A stretch of DNA of 64,000 nucleotides from the human T2T-CHM13v2.0 reference genome, Homo sapiens. Under the pieces are notes generated by a model. That model was not told the DNA's origin. It did no database searches and saw nothing but the letters and a program-made list of their open reading frames with translations. The stretch lies in the NCBI RefSeq assembly GCF_009914755.1, contig NC_060948.1; one strand, given 5' to 3'. This document shows, piece by piece, positions 11,340-21,760 of this stretch (position 1 is the stretch's first letter; every line of letters begins with the position of its first letter). The position numbers were made by a program, and so were the translations under genes.

Positions 11340-12321
11340 ACCCGTAGGCTCTGGGGGCCCGCTCCCCAGCAGACCCGCTCCCTGCAAGACCCACGGGCGT
11401 CGCCCTGCTGTGAACCTGGTCCCACACCTACGTGGACCCAGGTTTCCTGAGGAGCTCCGCTGGACCCGCAGATCCCGCACTGGCCAAAGGGCTCCGGTCC
11501 CCAGCAGGCTCAACTGCGCACAGGAGCTCGGGAGCCAGAGGCCCCGGCCCTGGGCTTGCAGAGCCCCACCAACAGGCACCGCAACCGCTGCTGCGGGTGC
11601 GGGAGCCTCTGGGTCGTCAAGGCAGCGCACAACAGCGTGCGCGCAGGCCAACAATGGCCAACCCTGGCGGCTGGCCTCTGGTGTGCCCAGGGCATAGGAC
11701 AAGAGGCCCTTTGGAATGCTCCCTGGAGTACAGCATCCTCAGGGAGGAAGCATGGTACTCGGAGCCTCTATTTGCCTCGACCTGTGAGAGTGTGTGCCGG
11801 GGCTCTGGCCTCTACAGCAGATCAATTCCACCTCAGCACCGGCAGGCGACTTTCCTCCCACGTGCCCGCCCCGATCACTTCCCCCAGGACACCCCTGCCG
11901 CCCTAGCCCCAGCAACCAGAGAGAGTTCTCTGCATCTGCTGTATTACCTCCGTACCATCTACCTGGCCTGCCTAACGAAGAGAGATGTTTCCTGTGTTCA
12001 TGACACAGATGTTCATGGCTTGCCACACTGAGGATGTCAGGGCACAGGGCTGCCATGCCCACAATTCCAAAGGCCACGCAGCCCGCGTGTGCCCGGATGC
12101 CTAGCTACCCGGCACAAGCTCCAAGGGCTTCTCGGAGGAGGCTTGGGCAGGGAAGGCGGGGGGTGGGGGGGCTGGAGATGCAGGCCCGCCAGTGGCTGTG
12201 CCGCCCAGGGAGACGCCCACCGCCCTCCCATTGATTGGCCACGACGGGAGGAAGTCGGCCTGGGTGCGGCCCCCCGGCCCTTCGCGCGCAGTCCCTTAGG
12301 GGGCGCCTGGAAGCCCGGCGC
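11340..12321. promoter_or_regulatory. GC/CpG-rich divergent promoter region between the inverted paralog and TSPY copy 1
   Basis: High GC and CpG density (~10500-12900), GC boxes (ccgccc), no TATA near the ATG, head-to-head gene geometry. Confidence 0.7.
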
Positions 12322-14884
12322 ATGCGCCCTGAGGGCTCGCTGACCTACCGGGTGCCAGAGAGGCTGCGGCAGGGTTTCTGTGGCGTGGGTCGGGCAGCAC
12401 AGGCCTTGGTGTGTGCGAGTGCCAAGGAGGGCACCGCCTTCAGGATGGAGGCTGTACAGGAGGGGGCGGCCGGGGTGGAGAGTGAGCAGGCGGCTTTGGG
12501 GGAGGAGGCGGTGCTGCTGTTGGATGACATAATGGCGGAGGTGGAGGTGGTGGCGGAGGAGGAGGGCCTCGTGGAGCGGCGGGAGGAGGCCCAGCGGGCA
12601 CAGCAGGCTGTGCCTGGCCCTGGGCCCATGACCCCAGAGTCTGCACTGGAGGAGCTGCTGGCCGTTCAGGTGGAGCTGGAGCCGGTTAATGCCCAAGCCA
12701 GGAAGGCCTTTTCTCGGCAGCGGGAAAAGATGGAGCGGAGGCGCAAGCCCCACCTAGACCGCAGAGGCGCCGTCATCCAGAGCGTCCCTGGCTTCTGGGC
12801 CAATGTTGTATCCTTCTCAGTGTTTCTTCGGCCTTTCTAGTGGAGAGGTGCTCTCGGGGAAGTGTAAGTGACCGATGGGCAGCTCGGCGTCGATGTGACT
12901 CTTTGGGGAACAAAGGGGAGTTGCCACGGACCAGTGTGGCTGTGGAAAGCCGGAGCAGGCGTGGGTACTATTGTCCTGCATGCGGCAGAGAAACCCTTGG
13001 TGATGCCGAGCAGCAGACGTTTGGGGCATCTTTTTGAAGAGCAGAAGCGAGTTCAGAGCGGAAGAGGTTTTTCAGTGAATGAAGCTATTTTTAAGGGAGT
13101 GTGATTGCTGCCCCTTGCTAGTCCGATCTGGGACTGGGCGTCTTCGGCTATAAGCAGATTCTGCCACTCCTCAGACACCAGCAAGTCTCTGCAAATCGCG
13201 CCTCCCCATGTCAGTGCAGTCAGCCTCAGAATCATACACCCTCTGTGAACACAGGAGGCCTTAGTTTACGGGGACGGGGAGGCGAAAGGAGATCATACAT
13301 GGAAGCAGATCTGAGAAATCCCCTACCCCAGCCTCTGGGTGCTCTTAGGCCTTCTTCCCTGTTGCTCCTCGCTTTCCCTTCCATCGTGTGTAAAGTCTCT
13401 TTGACCTAAATCAGATTGCAAACCACCCCCAGATGTCAGCCCTGATCACTGACGAAGATGAAGACATGCTGAGCTACATGGTCAGCCTGGAGGTGAGGCC
13501 AGGAAGACTGGGGCTAGAGGGTTTAGCGGGGGAGGGTAAGGGAAATAATTCATTCCTGTAAGCAAGAGTGAGCACCTCACCCGAAAACCTATCTAAGCTT
13601 TCTCCACCTTGTCCTGACAGGTGGAAGAAGAGAAGCATCCTGTTCATCTCTGCAAGATCATGTTGTTCTTTCGGAGTAACCCCTACTTCCAGAATAAAGT
13701 GATTACCAAGGAATATCTGGTGAACATCACAGGTGACAGGTGGCTCCCAGGATGGGTAGTGGAAGGAAGATGGTGGGTGGATCATTGCCAACGGGATCCA
13801 GCCCCCTTCCCACAAAAACTCCTGTCTCTGTAGAATACAGGGCTTCTCATTCCACTCCAATTGAGTGGTATCCGGATTATGAAGTGGAGGCCTATCGCCG
13901 CAGACACCACAACAGCAGCCTTAACTTCTTCAACTGGTTCTCTGACCACAACTTCGCAGGATCTAACAAGATTGCTGAGGTGAGTCCTCACTGGGAAACA
14001 TGAGGAATGACCCCGTGTGTTCCCAGCTGCTTGGGTCACCTTTCTGAGCCCTGATGAGGCCTTTCCCGATTGAGTCCCCTGACAGATCCTATGTAAGGAC
14101 CTGTGGCGCAATCCCCTGCAATACTACAAGAGGATGAAGCCACCTGAAGAGGGAACAGAGACGTCAGGTGAGCCGTTAGTTGGCACTGGAGCTGTTTGAT
14201 GCCCAGTATAAGGGGGTTGACACACCTGCCTATTCAGGGAGCCTGGGTGCTCATTTCAGAAATGTAGAAATTGAGGCTCCTTTCGTACATGTAGAAATTC
14301 CTTGAGAGGAAGACAGAGAGTGACAGAATCCAGGACGTTCATGGCATTGGGCTGAAAAGGCACGTTAGAGACTGCACTGCAAAGCGGGTGATAGCTGTGG
14401 AGTCTTAAGCCCAGTGAAGAATCGTCCATTTCCAGAATCAATGAGAAGTAAAGCTGAAAATCATTCAGTTCAGTCTGTGGCACTTGATTCCACGGCTGTC
14501 AACCCCACCGGCAGTCATCCCACCAACCCCATGAGATTGGGCTCCCTGAATGTGCGTCCTGGTCATCCTTGCCCCAAACCACAAAGGACTGTTTAGATTG
14601 ATGGATTTCCTTAAGCTGTTGCCCCATCAGACTTGTGTGTGCTTTTAGGGCCCAGTGCATCTTGTTAGCTGACTCCCCTCACAGACAATACTGGGAATGG
14701 GGCAGGGATTGCGCAGAACAGTTTGTAACACGTGGTAGGAGGAAGTTTAAGGGATCACAAATGGGGAAGGGATATCCTTTTCTCAGCGGGCCCCACAATT
14801 GAAACATTTCAAAGTATGGCTCAGAGAAAATGCGTTTTAACATGAGTTTGTGTTTCTCTAGGGGACTCCCAGTTGTTGAGTTGA
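12322..14884 (+). CDS. TSPY: Testis-specific Y-encoded protein (SET/NAP family), copy 1, 308 aa. Exons 12322-12807, 13415-13492, 13621-13732, 13834-13979, 14086-14167, 14862-14884
   Basis: Spliced translation [19 protein letters not shown]...PGFWANV|[26 protein letters not shown]|VEEEKHP...[16 protein letters not shown]...|...[18 protein letters not shown]|[14 protein letters not shown]...GDSQLLS*. All introns are GT..AG and the CDS is 927 nt. The paralog number cannot be assigned from sequence alone. Confidence 0.97.
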
Positions 14885-15054
14885 ATATGATGGAGCATCA
14901 GATTTTACCTAATACAGCAGAACTCCTAAAAAGTTACAGCCATATGCAGGACGGCAGTACTCAGCATGGTCTTATGCACAGGAACTAAAGGAAAAAGAGA
15001 TCGAGTCACAAAAATTCAGGAAGAGGGGGTAAATGTGGATTGTATGGAATGAAA

Positions 15055-15060
15055 AATAAA
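15055..15060 (+). terminator. TSPY polyadenylation signal AATAAA (copy 1)
   Basis: 170 nt after the stop codon and followed by a GT-rich (TG)n tract. Confidence 0.85.
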
Positions 15061-15073
15061 CATTCTCAAGGAT

Positions 15074-15137
15074 GTGTGACTCTGTGTCTGTGTGTGTGTG
15101 TGTGTGTCTTTGTGTTTGTGTGTGTGTGTGTGTGTGT
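15074..15137 (+). repeat. Compound (TG)n microsatellite just 3' of TSPY (each unit)
   Basis: Directly visible. Confidence 0.9.
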
Positions 15138-17796
15138 ATGTTTATCCACTTTATTCGGGTGTCATAATGAATTGATCAATCCACGTGCTTTATTCTCTTC
15201 ATGGAAATAACCAGTCTGCGTTGGAGCTGGGCCTCTAAAGTTGTAGAGTGAATGGGTGTGGGATGTGTTGGGATTCTTCCTACAGGACAGAGTGGGAGAG
15301 GTAAAAGCAAAAGACAGCTTAGTTGGAGGCTGACTTCGTCCTGTGGAAGCAGAGATAGTTCAAGGAAAGGGGTTACTGGGTTTCCAGGGCCCAGTTTGCT
15401 GGGACCTCCAAAATCCTTCATTTTGGGTATCATCATACACAGTAGCTAAGCACAGGATGATGGAAATCTTAAAGTTCGCTTTCGTGTTGAATCCACATGT
15501 TCTTTTAAAGGTGAATGCATGATCCTTTTCTGGGACAATCAGCCTCTCAGGACTTCTGAAACATCAACGTGAGAAGAAATGGGCATGTAAGGTGTATGGA
15601 GGGACTGTGGGAAAGGTGACAGAGGCATGTGGGAAGGCATTCAGGATACGCTTTTGGCAGAGATGACTAAGGGAAAACAGAAACTTACAGAAGTGAGGGG
15701 AAAGGGGGTGGATTAGTGGAATATAAGATTGTTGGAGAATCCATCCATGGACTCTCTTGTCACTTGATGACCCAGGATATGGACACTCTTGTTGATGTTT
15801 ACATCTTTAGTTGTTTTAAGCTTTTCTCCAAGATTCTGTGTTAGGTGAGGAGCCAATAACGTATGTAGCTAACAACAGTACGAGTGCATTTTGTGCTCTT
15901 GCAAAGTCTAGTGAGGCTCTATTCTCCCTCGTGATTGGCACTGCAGATTGTATCTGGAGCCCAGGGCCCCTAAATTTTCTGTGGCCTCTTCAGCATAGTT
16001 TGCCTAAGGTTTAGAACGTAAAGCGAATATAGTTGCGGAATATGTTTTGCAAGCCTCACACAGGAGGACAAAACATACAGCTTTCATTCGCGAGTGGGAG
16101 GCTGCTTCCCAGGAACACGTGTGTCTGCACAAGACAAGGGGTTGCCTCTGTCAAGGATGGGGCAGGAGGATTTCAGTGTCGGAGGCAGAACTTTCTTTCC
16201 TGTTCCCAGATGAAACAGTTCCAACACGAGCATCCATGTTGACCACACGCTACTAGAGTGCTAACATTGCTGTCCCGTATAGACTCTGGTCAGCACAGCT
16301 TCTGTGAGAAGAGCTATGTTGTTTCAGGGAAGAGGGTTTGACAGTCAAAGTTCCTGAATCTGTTGTGGTGCCTGCAATATGCATTCTACCCCTCCTGCTC
16401 GGTGTCAAAGCAGTTGAGCTTTGAAAATCTATCGCCCGGTTTTGTCCCTGCTCCTATGCAGACCTCTGAAGCTCTGGAGCGGGAGTCTTGTCCTCCTCTG
16501 ACTACCGTCCCCCTGACCCACAAACACAGGAGAAACAGGTGTTCTAAGCAAATTATTCTGAAAACAGTCGGAACCCTTTGGCCCCCTCAAGCTGCCCTGT
16601 ATCCTACTGTGTGCATGTCAAAGACACTGTGGTCCAGTACGGTATCCCTATAGCGGCAATGGGGCAACAGATTGGTGTGTGCACTCTGGGCAACTCAGAT
16701 TAGGAAACGTCTGGGGACTTGCCTATAACGAGGTCGTCTTAAAACGTGTTGCCCCAAATTTAAGGCATAGGAAAATGTTGAGGAAAGGGTCTTGCAATGA
16801 TTTTTCTAGGAGGTAAATAGATAAGAAAATGACCGTAAATAGATGCCAGGGCTAGTTTTGGAGCTAGCCTGTTTTAAAGTGGTGGTAGGGGAGGAGCTTT
16901 TTCCAAGGCAGGTAGCAAACCAGGAACTGTCTACGATGGATGGGCGTGCCACGGGTTGGTGGCTCAGCCATATTGCCACCCCACCGAGTGAATGCAGCAG
17001 ACTGGGCTTCTTCCTTGAATCCTACGTGCAATTCAGTCTAGTGATTTCACATGAGATCCCTTCTTCTGGTATTATCACAGATCGTGCTGAATTATACAGG
17101 CTGTGTAATGCTTCTTCCACTGAATATCCGTGCACGTGGGCCACAGATGCTAAGGGCACTGACAAATTTGCACCGTGCCTCAGTAACTCGGAAGCACATC
17201 TGTGATTTGTACCGACAGGGACTTGGTGTCTTTTCGTGTTTAAAGTAGCACGTGTGTGTTTGTGGTTGCGTATGTTTATTTCTCTGTGCGGGTTTGTATA
17301 TTTTCTCTGACTCCACCTGTGTCTCCGTGGTTCCGATATTTTTCCACACTCCCTGCGACAATTTGCACATGCCTATCTCTACAACCATTGTAGACTTTGT
17401 ATCTGTGTCTTTGAACATCTGTCACTCTCTCTCCCTTCCTTTTTTCTTTTCCTTCCTTTACACCCCTTTCATCCTTCCCTTGCTTCCCCACCACACTCTC
17501 TCCATCTGTATCGTCTATGTTTCTATTCTCTATCTGGGTTTACTTTCTAATTCTGAATTCAAGGGCATTGAATTGAAAAGAAGCACTCTTCGTACTTTTA
17601 TGTGTTTTAACTCATTTGGGGAATTTGGCGTGGTATTATTTACAGGGTTCTCTCTGCCCTTTCTCATTGTTCTCCCCAGCCGGGGCTGTTATTATGTGAA
17701 AGCTGGTTTCCTTCATCACATCGCGTAGGCTCTAATGATGTTTCGTTTATTTTGATTCTCCTCACACTACATAGTTTTAATTTACCTAATGTGACT

Positions 17797-18105
17797 GTTT
17801 TTTTGTTTGTTTTCCGAGAATGGGTCTTACTCTGTCTTCTAGGTTGGACAGCAGCCCCACGATCTCAGCCCACTGCAGCCCAGGCACCACACACCCATGT
17901 GATCCTGTCAACTCAGACTCTCACACACCTGGCAGTACAGGTGCATGCCACCCCTCCAAGCTATGTATTAATTAACTAAATACTTACTTTTTGAATGTGG
18001 GTCCATGTTGCCCCAGGCTCATCTGGAACTCCTGAGTGCAGGCAATCCTCCCACCTCAGCTTATCAAAGTGCTGGGATGACAGGTGTGACCCATGGCCCT
18101 GCCAT
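17797..18105 (-). mobile_element. Old, highly diverged Alu (AluJ-like; also ~38084-38392 and ~58363-58671)
   Basis: T-rich head, gggtcttactctgtc, ccatgttgccccaggct...gaactcctgag...aatcctcccacctcagc...caaagtgctgggatgacaggtgtga. Confidence 0.85.
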
Positions 18106-18247
18106 GGCTTTGTGTTTTTTGCTTTTTTCTTCCTCCTCCTCACGTCTTGTTTTGAAACATGCACTGAAGGTTTCAATTCATGGACTATAGTCTCTGTGCC
18201 TGGAATTTCTATCTTTCAACTCATCATCAGCATTCATTGGGATTTTC

Positions 18248-18380
18248 ATATATATATACACCTATATAAGAATACCTATGTACACACATATATACGTATA
18301 TACATGTATATACGTATATATGCACATTTATATACGTATATACATGTATATACGTATATATATACATGTACACATATGTA
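18248..18380. repeat. (TA)n/(TATACG/TATACA)n simple repeat
   Basis: Directly visible, with the (AT)n part expanded in unit 3. Confidence 0.9.
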
Positions 18381-18479
18381 TTTATTTCTCAAGTTACGAA
18401 ACGGCTTGCATTCTTTCCTGTGTCATGAAAAAGACTTTGCTAGAAAAGAAAAGCACTGCTTTATAATAAAATATTTTAT

Positions 18480-20245
18480 TTGCATTTATTTTGTTAAGGC
18501 ATTTTAAAAATTGTATGTTTGTTTAAAAAATGTCATATGAAATGATACATATTTACAACTTAAGGCGTGATGTTCAACAGGTCATATACATTATGCATTG
18601 GATACATCCAGCCAATCAACATATGTGTGACCTCACATAGTTGTCATTTTTGTTGTGAAAAAACTTGACCTGCACTGTATTCGAATATTTTTAGAGAAAG
18701 AATATGTTACCACTAGTTATAGTGAGCATGCTGAAGAAAATATTTTTAACCTATTCCTCCTTTATAACTAGAAGTATGAGTTCTTCATCCAGCATCTCGT
18801 CAGTGCACCCTCTTCACCGCAGTCATTGGAGTCACTACTTCTGTGAAGTCCGCTTTTTTGATTTCATATAAGAATGAGATCATGTGCTATTTTCCTTTCT
18901 GATACCTGGCTTATGTCACTTAACAGAATGGCATGCACACATTCAGCAGATTCCCACACATTCTCACAACTGGCAGGATTTCCTGATTTCTTATTGCAGC
19001 GCATATTTCCGTTGCGCATATGCGTTTTTGCCCCATTTTTTAATCCACTTATCAATGGAGGGACACTCAGGTTGCTTCCGCATTTTGGCTACAGCAAAAA
19101 TGTAATGAGTGCAGCAATAATTGCATGGGTGCGCGCACCGCTTCAACATACTGATCTGTGTACTGGCGGGCGTGCCCGGGTATTCTGATTTGCTGGATCA
19201 TATAGTGGGTGGTTCTACTTGTAGATTTCTGAAGGCTGTTTATACTTAAATAAGAGCCATAAAGCTTCTTTAATGCCAGCACTAATTTACATTCTCCCCA
19301 AAAGTGAGCAGGGAATTCGTTTTCTCTGCCTCCTCACCAGAGATTAGGGTTTTCTTTTCTTTCTTTTTTTTTTTTTGTTTGTTTGTCTTTCGGATAATAT
19401 GCATTCTGACTGAAGTGAGAAGAAATCTCATTGTGTTTTTGATTTGCATTTTCGTGATGGATTGGGGATAATGAGGAATTTTTAGTGTGTCTTCTGGGCA
19501 ACTGTATGTCTCAGTTTCACAAATGAGTCTTCGCAGCCTTCGCCCATTTGTTTTCATGCTATTGAGTTGTTGGGAGTTCCTTATGTACTGTGACTATTCC
19601 CCCATGAACAGATGTATGGTGATCCAATCATTGCTCCCATCCTGTAGGATGCCCCTTCTGTATGTTGAGTTTTCTATGGTGTGGTGAAGCACTTTAGTTT
19701 GATATGATTCCATTCTCTATTTTTGATGGTGTTTACTGTGTTCTTGCAGTCACTTTGAGACCATCATTGCACACACGGACGCCATGGAGCTTCTTCCTTG
19801 TGATCTCTTCTGCTATTTTTATCGTTTCACATCTGACACTGGAGTTTGGTGATAAATAATCCACTTGTAAAATCCTTTGTGTGGCTATTCAGATTTCCCC
19901 AACCTAGTTTATAGAAGATACTTGATTTTGCATTGGGCGTTCTTGCTTCTTTGGGAAAAGGCTGTGAGCTGCAAATGCAGTGACTTAGTTCTGGGCTCCT
20001 GTTGTTTTTCCTAAGCTCTAGTCTCTGCTTTTCTGCCAGTGCTATTGTATTTTGGTACAAAAAGTTTTGTAGTAGTATATCATGAAGTTAGGTAGTGGGG
20101 TGGCTCCAGCTTTGTGCTTTTTACTGGATTGCTCTGGGTTTTCAGGATCTTCTGCCATTTCATAGCAAATTTGGGATTCCCAGATTGTTTTCTAAGAAGA
20201 ATGTGTCATTGATATTTTTAAAGGGGTTGTATAGAATCTGAGGAT
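18480..20245 (-). mobile_element. L1 3' fragment (ORF2 C-terminus plus 3'UTR, L1M-type)
   Basis: Minus-strand peptides ITKMQIKNTMRFLLTSVRM and SSIFYKLGWGN resemble L1 ORF2 IREMQIKTTMRYHLTPVRM and DSLFNKWCWEN. aatgagatcatg...cctggcttatgtcactta is typical antisense L1M 3'UTR. Confidence 0.88.
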
Positions 20246-20963
20246 GACTCAGGTAGTAGTGATGTCAATGCCGTTTAGACAATGTGCGTGTTTGTGTGCA
20301 CATGCTCAGGGCCAAGAGACACTGGGTGTCCTCACCAATACTGAGGTGGGCCTTAATATCCAGCCAGATTGCCTTCTGGAAACACACGGAATGTCCTGTT
20401 CTGTTTTGCCATCTCTTCACATTTCCTCCCCTGTGAGCCCTGTGTGGTCCTCCAGATTCCCTGTGCGGTGGCCTGCCTTTTTTGGGGTGGGGAGTTGCTG
20501 GGTGAATGAGGATGGCGGAGGGAACCAAGTATGTCAGTGGAGCGTGGTGTCATCCAAACGGTACTTAGCAGGCCTGGGAGAGTCATTCTGGGAGGACGCA
20601 GACCTAGAGAGGCCTCAGGTGGGCATCTGTGTGGAGGGTGAGAGATCCCTGGTTGAGCCCAAACTGAACCCCAGGTAGAAGCAAGCCTCAGGACAGGGAA
20701 GTAGCTAGCAAGGGATGATGAGGCAGCTATCTCTTGACCCTGGCTTCCCACCCATTGACCTTAGCTACTTATGCCTATTAAGCAGATTACGGTTCCCCCA
20801 TCGTGAAATGTGGGTACCACAGTTCCCTGATGGGCATTTCTCCACCAGCCCATGATGGCCTGAGTTTCCTTACTGCAGTCTCCTCCCTGAGCCTTGGCTT
20901 CTCTATGTGTGTCCTAACTCCAGGACCCACAGGCCTGTCAACCCCCAGCCCTGGGCTGCTTCC

Positions 20964-21760
20964 CTGGCCTCTTCTCTGTTCCCTCTCTGAGGGCCTAACT
21001 CCCTTGGGTAGTGCTGCAGAATATAGAGCCACAGGCCCTGGCTGATGATCTGGTGGACTGGGCAAATTGGTCGTGACAGGTCAGGTTCTGGTTCAAAGCC
21101 AATTCCTCCGATGCCAAGGAATGTCGAAGAAGGTCCTTTGCCATGATGCCCCATAGCTGCCCCACCTCAGCAATCGTGCCGTAACCTGGGCCCTCACAGT
21201 CAGACAACCAGCTGAAGAAGCTCAGGCAGTGACCTGCGGGAAACTCGGGCTTTCACCTGCATGACCCTAGAACCACTGGACTGCAGTGGAGCCAGTCGCC
21301 CTGTATCCTGGAGGGAGACGAGTCAGGAAGGCGCACGCCAGGCCCAGCTCCCGAGGTACTACCCCCTGTACTCCTCAGGGAGGATGCCAACGCAATACTC
21401 CTTAGTCATCACTTTGTTTCCGAAGTAAATGTTGTGATGAAAGGCAAACTTCTTCCTACCCCTTGTATTCAGGGTGGCCGAGTTCCTCCACCTGCCTGTC
21501 CAAGAAGGAGAAACAGGGCTGTGAAGGGGCAATTTCATCTAGGTGGGCTGAGGTGGCATTCTAGCCGGGGTGAAGCATGCGTTTCCCCTTCCCAGCTTTC
21601 CCGCTGAGACACACCTGAGCCCCAGAAGGACCTCAACCTGACCAGGACCTTAGCACCCTCCCCCAGACCCAGGCTTTCCATCCTGACCTGCAAATCCAAC
21701 ATGCAGCTTTGAAGGACTTTCTCATGGTTTCTGAGCTCCTTGCTCTCACCAGAAAGAATC
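20964..21760 (-). pseudogene. Truncated TSPY-like relic, unit 2
   Basis: Copy of 688-1485. Confidence 0.85.

Larger units (their letters stand above)
1..20276. repeat. TSPY array (DYZ5) ~20.3-kb tandem unit 1 (phase set by window start)
   Basis: The opening sequence agacaatgtgcgtgtttgtg recurs at 20277, 40565 and 60872, and the whole ORF track repeats with these offsets. Confidence 0.98.

Noticed and set aside
11995-12016. TGTTCA half-sites suggesting a steroid response element
   Set aside because: No properly spaced palindromic partner half-site in either haplotype.
12235-12321. 29-codon N-terminal extension of TSPY from TTG (CTG in copies 2 and 3)
   Set aside because: Non-ATG start in poor context that overlaps the promoter motif, probably upstream of the transcription start. 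The recognised protein begins MRPEGS.
11083-12753. Long overlapping ORFs (204, 199 and 238 aa) in the CpG-rich region
   Set aside because: Antisense or alternative-frame shadows of GC-rich exon-1 sequence, with low-complexity translations.
15740-16260. Plus-strand splice-like signals downstream of TSPY (ttag|gtgagg at ~15844, ttcccag|atg at ~16210)
   Set aside because: They lie beyond a strong poly(A) signal and have no coherent frame or homology, so they cannot be supported from sequence alone.
17252-18507. Hydrophobic 158-170 aa ORFs
   Set aside because: Produced by pyrimidine-rich DNA, antisense Alu and TA-rich repeats.
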